From Chlorokybus atmophyticus (Eukaryota; Plantae; Mesostigma and Chlorokybus algae), in contig RHPI01002161.1 of assembly GCA_009103225.1 (NCBI GenBank), positions 1-58,971 of the forward strand: a DNA stretch of 58,971 bases. The letters run 5' to 3'. Below the pieces are notes generated by a model. That model searched no databases and had not been told where the DNA came from. It saw nothing but the letters and a program-made list of their open reading frames with translations. The position numbers and the translations under genes are program-made. Positions 49,618 to 58,971 of the stretch are shown here, piece by piece. Positions within the stretch are counted from its first letter, which is position 1. Each line of letters opens with the position of its first letter.

Positions 49618-52600
49618 CTCACCTATCCCCTCTCAACAACACCTAAACAACTGTGCACACGCTCTCCAGCCTTCCCCAGCTACCTACGCCCGCAGCAAAT
49701 CTCCCCAGCGACCCATCGCCCCTAGCTGAAGCCTTACGTACTCTGCCTCTGTTCTTGTATGCACACAGTTCTTGTTGTCGTTGCCGTTGTGCAAGCGCCG
49801 CCGCACTACCCTACACGACGCCCGCAGGGGGTGCTTAACCTTCTTCCCCTATCGGTCGTACAACATGGAGTGGCGGAGTATGGTGGGCTGAGAGGGGAGC
49901 AGCAGCGTACTCTCCTCCTCCTCCTCCTCCTCCTCCTCGGCCGCCGCCGCCGTTGGTTGCCCCGTCCGTGCTCGTCCCGCCGTGGCCTCTGCCACGTGTC
50001 GCGTCGGGTTGGTTGTTGTACGGCTCATCACGTGACCGCCAGGCGCCCTACAAAACGCCAAACCCCGGGCCAAACCCCGGGCGGGATGGTACAGTTTCGT
50101 ATGATGATCACACCTACCATCACACTAGCATAAGATTTGCGCCCCATCAACTACAACCACTTTTTAACGACGTATACAAAAGAGGGTTGACCAGACGATG
50201 CGTACGAATGGTAACATGCCAGCAAATGCGCGAGAGATTGTAATGAGTCGTAATATATGCCGTTTCGTAATAGTGAATCACATGTTAACATGTATAAACT
50301 TCTACGACTCAACATGTATAGGGTTTTCAGTGGTTCAAATGCAAGCAATAAAGCACCAAGCAACGCACATAACAAACACACTCACAGCAAGCAGCAAGGC
50401 ACAAGATACAGCCTCAATTAAGTATATAGTCCATGTTCTTACCCCGGTCTTACGGGGTAAAGACATTGACTATTTATGTGCATTGCCTAATAGAATGCGA
50501 GGTGGCGTAGGGGAAGCGGGTAGGCAAGGTGCAACGCAGCATGGCCAAGCACGCAGCCTTGTGGCAACAACACCATGTATGCGTGCATAACACAATACAG
50601 CGCAGTGCTTCATGTATAGCAAATGTATCCAACATACATAGTACATGCACTTTTATAATAATGTGCATGTAAACCTTATTCTTGTATACATGTAAAGAAA
50701 GAAGATACCAACACTGCGCGGAGAGCGGTTTGACTTGTTGCATACCACGTGTTGATACATCATCAAATTTATGCATTGCATTAATCAATCTAAGTCAATC
50801 CATTAGCTTGTTGCACACCCAAATGATGTCGTGTTGGTACTGGAACAAATTTATGCATCGCATCAATCATTGCAAGCCAATGTGCAACATGTTTATCACA
50901 CACATATAACAATTTTAAGGAATAGTTTATATATATATTGTATGAAATGTTCTTACATTTGCAAGACATTGCTACAATTGTATTCCGTACAATCAACCTG
51001 TAGTATGTTGCGGGGGGTCACGTGTACACTCACTTCCGTAAGTTCTGCTGAAAAATCACCCCTTGGTTGAAAACTATAATTTACACAAAGTGTGAAGTAC
51101 GCGATGACTTTGATTTATGAGATCTACTGTGACAGGTTTCATTGCTGATGCATGTTTCATTGAAGGTGGGGGGGGGGGGGGGGNGCAACCAGGAGGCCGA
51201 CATTGTTGCGCTGGCATGCAGGTGTTGTGCCGCATCACAAACGCGCAATGACTCACGGCAGTGTATTGATATGAGAATGTGTGCGACATGTTCACACGTT
51301 CACACTCGCACGCAGACTGCTGGCAAGCCTCGCGCTGCTGCAACCAGGCCGAGAGGCCGTCTTCAACTATGACGGAGGCGTACCAAAAGTCAACGAGAAA
51401 CTCCTGGACAAACACCCTCAGGTCCGAATTCAGATGCACGCACGCCCCCCCCCCACCCCCACCCCACCCCAAAAAAAGGGTCTGACACATTGCAACCAGA
51501 CTAACAACCAACACTTACGCGCTTTGCTCATTGATGCATCATACTCAAGATGTAATGTTTACAATAATAATAAAGTAACTTGAGGTCACCCCTCCTTATT
51601 AAAATGCATCTACAAGCAACATCAATGTAGCAAACTTGCATACATGCGGTACCCGTACTCACTACCCGTATTGAATGGCTCCGTAGCACTCTTAAGCACA
51701 CATAATAATGCCATTATCACATTGTAATACATATTGGAAAGCATGTGCGCAGCTTGGCTTTCGCTTGTCACGCATTACTGTGCAGTGTGCATTTGTCACT
51801 AAGCTCTTCAACATGCAGGATTTTTAACTTGCAAGTGATACGGAAAAGATTTCGCACTATGTAGTGACTCATCCTATGTAGTCGGACTATATAGGATACA
51901 CACAAAGGTGATGACTATACCGTTGATGCTGATGAATGAAATCAATGCTCGTTGCTATATACAACAACGCTAAAAGGCATTGGATACATGTGTCGCATTA
52001 CGACACATGTGTACAATGCCTGTCAGGCATGCAGACGCCAATGCAAAAGGCCTACCTGCAAGATATCGCTTTGCACTATGTTTTTGCAAAATTGAAGATG
52101 TTATCAAGAACTACAATTGCTAATAACAAATCAAGCACTTGTAACTTGTAACTTAACTTGAGTTCGCAAGTAATATGCTTTATCATTTGGTCACATCAAG
52201 AGATGTGTATACTAGTAACGGAAGCGTTTGAAAAGACCTGTCATGCAGTCATTGACATAACATAATGTGCAAGCGTGGGCTTGCACATTACTATTTGCAG
52301 TTCATAATGATAGCGATGTTTGTTCACCGTGATAAACATTGAGCTTGCACTACATAAACATATCCATTACAGCAGTGCGATACACTGTAATTCGAGGCCA
52401 GGAATCTCTCCGAGGAACCCGCTCCCTCGGGAACGGCCGTTTGGGAGACCTGGACTGCCGTTAGTGCGTTTTGGATGAGCCTGCGTGAACTTCCCTTCGC
52501 CTGTGGACGCATTGGCCAAAGTGCAGGCGGCGGCGGCGGCGGCCTGTGGCCTTGGGAGGGTTCTTATCGCTGGCGTCCTGTGTTTATCCTGCCTGTCTGA

Positions 52601-53161
52601 CTCCGTTGTGTTCATGGCTTCATGCTAAGAGCTCGCCAGATATTTGACACAGTGAGTGACACAGTGAGTGCCGTTAGCCACGGGACACAGCAAGCACTGC
52701 CCCCCGTCATTGCTCAGTGTGGAACTCAGGAGACAAAGGAGAGAGCATTGGTGTTTGGACATGACTGTGTGCGTTTGTTGTCGCTCGTGCAGCGGCTCCG
52801 CTACTACAAACTCATGCTCAGTTTAGTTGTGCTGCATGCCGCCTGCATGCTGCCTTGAGGTGCGGGCTGTCCATGATCACCAATCCCGATGCATGTTTGT
52901 CGCGTATTTCACACACTACCCAGCAGTAGCACTATGTACCAGCGCGTATAGCTGCACAGTCACTCGCACAGGAACAGGCCTTGCACAACCATTCTTGCAT
53001 GTGCAGTGCGTGCGCATCGCACCTTAGTGTTGATTGACCGGGTGTTGTGCACACCGCAGTAGCGCCGCAACTCGGTAAGCCAATACGCATGTAACAGCGA
53101 CGACAACGCACAACGCTGGTTGGTTGATGAAGGCGCAACCCCACCCAACCGCCCACTCTCC

Positions 53162-54489
53162 ATGCTTCTTCCCCACCGCACTCACCCTGCCCACCCTCCC
53201 CTCTGGCTCCTCCTCCTCCTCCTCCTCCTTGTCGTTGTCCTTCTCGCCGGCGTCCCCAACGCATACGCGGGCCGCCTACCGAGGAGGCCGCAGCTGCTGG
53301 CAGAGAGTGGTGATGGCGATGGTGATGATGCGGGTGAGCAGGTGTTGAGCAGGACTGCGGGGGGCGTGTTGTGCTATGAAGGCCGCGCGGTGCCCAACCT
53401 CTTCCTCATAGGCGGGCAGAAGTGTGGGTCCACCACCCTCTGGGGCTATGTCGTCAGGTGTGTATGTGTGTATGTGCACTTGAAACTAGTATTGCTACTG
53501 GTTATATTGACACGCTTGTGCGTGTGCTTCCGCAGTTGGGAGTTTGGCAAGGGAGAGGTGAGCCCTGTTGCACAAGATTATGCGTAGCAAGACCCGAAAT
53601 TATGCATAACAAACCAAAGCCAGCACTGCTTTGTTGAGGGTGCAGGTGTGTCCCTGTATGCTGAATGTGTGTGCACTGCGGATCATGAAGCAGGTGTTCA
53701 AGTATACGAAAGAGATTCATTTTGCAGACCAGCCATTGCTGCCGCGCACCACGCCGGAGTGGTTAGCTGCATATTCAGAGCACTTCCCCGAGTGCTCGGA
53801 CCGCCGCCTCTCTGATGAGGTGAGAAATGACTTTCACTGATGAATGCCATTGCAATCACATTCTCAATTGCGACATTATGAAATCGCGTGCACACACGCA
53901 CGCAAGCACGCACGCGCCTGCCCGTGAGTGCCTGCCTGCATGTGCCCAGGCACGCACATACATGCAGCAAGCACGCGGTTACACACGGGCACGCCCGCAC
54001 GGACACGCTCGCGCCCACACACGTCTGCATGGCTGCACACACATGCATTCATGCGCATGCCCGCATGCAAGCACACGTCTGCATGGCTGCATACACACGG
54101 GCGCACACACACGCACCCATGTGCATGCTCTCACTTGCGCATGCGACTGACTGCACGCACAACATACCCATACCCACGCCCCTGCAGAGCGTGCGTTACG
54201 TGATGGACAGCACCCCTGCGTACGTGCGCACGCTGAGCGCGGCGCTTCAGATCGGTCGTCACTACGCCCGCCACGGGCTTACCGCAGGTCTCAAGTTCAT
54301 GGTCTCCCTGCGCGACCCCGTCGAACGCACACTCTCGTGGTTTGGACACATCGGCCGACTGCAGGAGAAGATACCGTGTGATGTCACGTTTGACATGTGG
54401 GCCCGAGAGGCCGTGGTGCAGGCGCGCAACTGCATGGACGCACACCAAAACCTCCCCAAAGCACGGGTATGCAACTCATGCCGTAACTC

Positions 54490-54526
<37 letters not shown>

Positions 54527-55081
54527 TGCGTGGGCAGGAAATCTTATGACTGTGTGCAGGTGTATGAGGAGTGTCGGCCATCTGCTCTGTTAGACTCATG
54601 GTACGCCATTCAGTTGGACCCGTGGTGGAGGCTCTTCCCACCTCAGAGGCAATTCCTCGTTGTGGACTTTAACAAGTTGGTGCACGAGCGCGACGCCACC
54701 ATCGTGCGCGTGCTCGACTTCCTCGGGATCGACTACAATCTCCCGCTCCCCGCCACTATTGTGCACAAGAAGCCCACATCCGAGCTCGGCATATGCGCAG
54801 AGCATCCCGCCCCAAGCATGTCCAACGATACACATGCCATGTTGGTGGAGTTCTTTCGACCGCTCAATGAGCAACTGAAGGTGTTGTTCGAGCGGTATGG
54901 CGTGAGAGAGTGGTTGCCGATGTTTGTGACGGGAGAGGGTGGAGGTGATGTGGAGGAGGAGGATGCGATGGATGCGAATGATGATGGCGAGTTGGAAGAT
55001 GATTGGGAGCTTGATGAGGAGGATGTTGATGACGTTGCTGGTAGGTATACGTATAAAGGTGATGAGGACTATGATAGGTAA
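53162..55081 (+). CDS. Secretory-pathway PAPS-dependent sulfotransferase (HS3ST/NDST-like Sulfotransfer_1 fold), 5 exons
   Basis: N-terminal hydrophobic signal/anchor; 5'-PSB loop PNLFLIGGQKCGSTTL, KEIHF, DSTPAY, 3'-PB SLRDPVERTLSWF, SWYAIQLDPW...F, RVLDFLG; acidic tail. ORF 53888-55081 includes intronic CA-rich sequence at its 5' end. Confidence 0.85.
54489..54525. repeat. (ACA)n microsatellite in sulfotransferase intron
   Basis: Directly visible. Confidence 0.9.
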
Positions 55082-55903
55082 CACGCATTCCAGTGTATTA
55101 ACCAATTGCAATACAAAGTGACGCTTGCACCATTGTTCAATGTACTAGCTTAATTTTTGTCATGCAAGTATGTGTAATGTGATAACTGTCATCACTTCAC
55201 GCATATGGTCTATAACATTGTATGACACCGTAGTGCAACTTTGTCAATGGGATCAATGGGATTTGGCCACAGGCATTGCAGCAAAAGCAGCTATCATGTG
55301 GCAACATTACCTACAGGTCCCATACAAGGTAAGTCATTGACAAACATGCATCGCATACACAAGTAGTGCAGATAGGACAAGACAAGCAGCACTAATATAG
55401 TACAGCCGTGGTAGTAGCTCGCAAGCAACCAACCAACTTGTAAACTATAATGCGCCAAGGTTAGCCCGAGGCTTCAAGCTATTTATACCATTTTTATAAG
55501 TTAAAACAATGGTATATACATTAGATGATGCATGTTAGCTACTCAACAAGCAATTAAGCACACAAGCATGGGTAGATGCCTTGACAAATGTGACCGGGGG
55601 GTATAGCTCTACACTTCATCCTTAACCACAACCCACTATCTTATGTGCATCCATGTGTGGCGCTCGTGTCACATGTGCGCAACTATGCCCTGCCCGGCGG
55701 CCTATAGTCGCCTAACCCATGCATGCCTCTGTACTGGTGTATACAGAACTCTGCAGCACGTTGCAGCATGTTGCAGCACCTTGTGTATATTGGGTAGGCA
55801 CCTACGTAAACAGAGTAGTTTGTGTGTGTAGGCAGAGAAGTTTGCGTGGCACTGGCAGCCCGCCACCAAGGGCCTCCTCCCTTAAGAGGGGAGGGGAGGG
55901 GGN

Positions 55904-56248
55904 CTTATGAATGTGGACGGGTTGACACGCGAGAATGTGGCAAGCCATCTTCAGAAGTATCGCTTGTACCTGAAACGAATGCAAGGTAAGCAGCACATGT
56001 ATGTCGTCGTATTTCTGTCGGGAGGGTTGTGCCATGCTATTATATCAGCATTGAAGTGCTCTTTGGCGGTCATTGTGTAGCAGTTAGCAGGCCAAGGTTT
56101 GCGTGCATTCCGCGATAACAGCAGCACTGACCTGTGGCTCTGTTCTGCAGACTCCGAGTCCATGCCAAGCAGTGCCAGTGCAAACCCTGTGCAAGATGGC
56201 CATGTGGTCGGTGGTTTCTCTAACCGGCAACATATAAGCGCGAATTAG
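55904..56248 (+). pseudogene. Fragment of a LUX/PCL1-like GARP (SHLQKY-class Myb) transcription factor; truncated or broken by an assembly gap
   Basis: [27 protein letters not shown] at 55904-55985, GTAAGC donor, in-phase second exon 56151-56248; begins immediately after the N at 55903. Confidence 0.6.
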
Positions 56249-57289
56249 TTGGTAGTAGGCTCTCGAGCACAATGCGTCTTTTGCACCTGTAGCCTGTGGG
56301 CAAGGCCAAACAGCGCGGTGTATCATATGCATGCTCTCTGGATGGCGGCATGCTTGCGAGACTGAAGGGGGGGGGCAAACGTAGCTCAATTGCAGTTGTT
56401 AGTGGCTTGGGTCAGCCCTGTTATGTTGCTGTTGTTGCTCTTTTACAATCTTCTTGTAACCACTTACATAATATTATGTCGATGTACTGTTGCTTCACAG
56501 AGCTTTACTATGTGCACATGTAAAAAGTAACCGTATGTAATCGTGAAGCACATTAACACTTATTAAGAAAAGTATTGGCCTGTTACTCGGTAGGCAGCTA
56601 CGCATGATAGCATATGAGCTATATTTGAGTGAAATTGGCTCACATTTATAGATATATACAGCGAAGGATGCCCTTGGATGAAATCTAAATGTTGATTGAT
56701 GCGTGGCCTGATCAACATGATATGCGCGCTAGGATCGGCAAAGCATACGATGCTCATGTGGACACAGTATGTTATCATGCTATAATAGTCAATGTGACGC
56801 TCGTAGTGTGGTTAGCAGCATTGCGGACGGTAATGTAAATGTCAAGGGCCGGAGGCAAACGTGCATTTGGGTGCGCAATTGCATCAAGCAAGCATTGCAA
56901 TTGTGAATGCTTTTCTTGCCAGGGGCTAGCGAGCGTAATTAGAGCACTTGAGCAACCAAGCTATCAGCCCCTGCTTTGCATTGCAAGGCGAATGGACAGC
57001 TCTAGCCGTGTGCTCCAATTGTTGCTTAATGCGCACATCATGCATGGCGATGCTTGTTGTTATAAATAGTATACGAGCCTTAACCATCAGCAAACTCATA
57101 TTTATAATACGTGTCACCATCATGAATGGCTATTGTGCCACACATTCAATTAAATTGAGTACTCAATCACTGAGTGCAAACGGATAGCAGCTATGCAAGT
57201 GCTGGTGCTGTGCATCATGTTGTAGCCTATGGTGTTGCTTACGCTGTGGCATCAACACTTATACACATGACAACTTAAGATATGTGGCA

Positions 57290-58950
57290 AAACAAGGCTG
57301 CTTGCGAGTGTAAGTATAAGCAGAGGTCGCCTTGAGCTTTATCGGCCGGTAAAGGCTTACCATGCGGTTGTAACGGGGGCCGTTTTTCTTGATTTGTTAA
57401 GTGCTTCACTCGGTGAATCCGACCGTAGTTGACTCACAAGGACTTAGCGTAATTGAATTCAAGCTAAGTGTTTACACTTGGCGATTCTCGGAATTGCGAC
57501 TTCGCGAAATCCGAGAATCGGCCAATACTTCACTGACCAATTTAACTTTGGTTTACGTAATTCACTTGGTGAACTATCACTCGAATTTTGCGAAGGGCTT
57601 ACGCCCTTAAAATTCCCAAGTGCGGGAGGGCGCTTTGCCACCTGAGAGTGTCGGCGGCAACGGAGATAAAGAACCCTACCCAAGTTCCAATTATCTCCCC
57701 AACCCCATTGAATTCGACTTATTGGGCGCGTATTCGCGTCTCCACAAGTTCGCATATGTTTTAAAAATGGCTAATTTCTACCGCGGGCATGGGAAGCTAG
57801 CTAAATTATCGCTAGCATGCGCCGATGAAATGCTAGCCAATGCCTTGAAGATTTTCGCGACAATCTGCTTAATGGGGAAATTTAAGATACCAGCGACTTC
57901 GCTAAATCCTCCCCGCCTAGAGTCTTACGGGTATCCCCCTCCGAATAGATCATGTGCTAGGGTCAATTCGGTTCCGACCTATGTGACTGTTGTAGCGCTA
58001 ACCTCATACCTCGGCTTCCCATCACCGCAAGATTCAAGTCCCTTAAGATCTCGGAACCCAAGTAGTAATTTCGTTTGACACTTATTACTACCATTCAAGT
58101 CCCAACTTAGGCCTTGGTCTAATCTGCCGTATCTTTGCGGACAGAGCATCTACCTCACCTCATCAATTTTCAAACGACATAATTGGCACGCAGAAGGTTG
58201 CTCTCAAGTGCAGATGCTACAGATCATCCACTCACGCAGAGAACCATCTATCCATGCCAAGTACTATTTTAGTACTGGCTAGCGTAAGGATTGGCTGCGT
58301 CTATAGAAGGTCTCCACTTTTAACTCTGTCCTGTACAAGCCGGTCCTTGCTCACCCTAATCTGTAGTACCGTACGTAAGGTGACCTTCTCAAGCAGCAGT
58401 CGTCATATCCGTGCGACTTCACGAGCCGACGAAAGCTTAATAGTAATTCAACTAAGGAGTTGATCCTCCAATCGTGGGTTTGCAAATGCAAGCTGCTGCT
58501 TCTCGCGACATCACGGCCAAGTTATTAAATGCCCACTGCAACACTCGAAGCATACTATGGCGTACAAACTACCAAGTAGTTTGTTCGAGCAATGAACTAC
58601 TATTGCGATGGTATTGTCTTGGGTTTATATTATTTGCGGTACATGAACCTTCGTAATTTTGTAATGAGACACGTCGGAGTAAGGCCCCACTTCTAATCCC
58701 AGCAGTAGTACTTGCTACGAGTAATTACCAAGTGTTCATCCATTCAAGTGCTTCTCTCACATTCATTACTTCGGTCTAACCGTCTTTCGTTTTTGGCTAA
58801 CTAGTCGAACTCAATGTGTTGGCTGCTTACAACAATGCTTGCTTAAACATTTATGTCGTATCATGGGTTAGTGGTAGCAGGGCGGACCCCGCTGTATAAG
58901 TTATTTATTCCTTAAACGGCTTCTGTCGTCATACGAGCTCGCGTGTGACG
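57290..58950. other. Compositionally distinct, hairpin-dense segment of unknown origin
   Basis: Lacks the CA/TGCA-rich texture of host introns, keeps CpG and has many short perfect stems; no intact recognisable ORF. Confidence 0.5.
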
Positions 58951-58971
58951 TTTTCGTTTGTGTGTGTGGGG

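Noticed and set aside
51310-51425. Isolated exon-like stretch (LASLALLQPGREAVFNYDGGVPKVNEKLLDKHPQ|GT)
   Set aside because: No partner exons or recognisable domain; near an N at 51184.
53888-54188. His/Ala/Cys-rich N-terminus of the 397-aa ORF 53888-55081
   Set aside because: It is CA/CACG-rich intron sequence that happens to be open; the real exon starts after CCCTGCAG at ~54189.
57541-57790. FNFGLRNS and LKMANFYR resembling Ty3/gypsy RT and RNase H motifs
   Set aside because: They lie in different frames, are spaced too closely, and have no YxDD between them.
58395-58440. Minus-strand GTGAAGTCGCACG resembling group II intron domain V, and a GYDD tetrapeptide
   Set aside because: The 5' AGC-triad strand of domain V is absent, and the GYDD frame has stops and no other RT/RdRp motifs.

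Overview
Eukaryotic nuclear DNA, most likely from an early-diverging streptophyte (charophyte-grade) green alga. This host call is inference from a CslD/CesA-like synthase, an MPH1-like thylakoid protein, an ERK7/MAPK15 kinase (kept in flagellated lineages) and short spliceosomal introns. 1 to ~11.9 kb: a gene-dense, largely intact large DNA transposon, open at the left edge of the window. It carries a spliced Plavaka-type transposase; a 3-exon gene fusing a Cys-rich domain, a Tudor domain and a compact phage/actinobacterial-type C5 DNA methyltransferase; an OTU-like deubiquitinase ORF in frame with a RING-like ORF across one TGA; an intact 7-exon orphan gene; and a subterminal repeat array ending in TAGTG. 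This transposon-borne chromatin/ubiquitin toolkit is the best candidate for an undescribed system. 12-23 kb: decayed genes, including a pseudogene with a bacterial-like ConA/DUF1349 domain. 23.6-27.6 kb: a 3-exon CslD/CesA-like gene (1186 aa). 28-36 kb: an old ~2.2 kb tandem duplication whose first copy holds a complete but dead pogo/Fot1-like element (29041-32519; TIRs, TA target duplication, empty site in the second copy). Next come a multi-exon GT4-type glycosyltransferase, AT-rich decayed DNA, an MPH1/Psb34-like gene, a 9-exon MAPK15-like gene, a Golgi-type sulfotransferase, a LUX-like GARP fragment next to an N, and a hairpin-dense 1.7 kb of unknown origin at the right end. All domain calls come from motif recognition by eye, and exon junctions were checked for GT/GC-AG and phase by hand. 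No searches were run.
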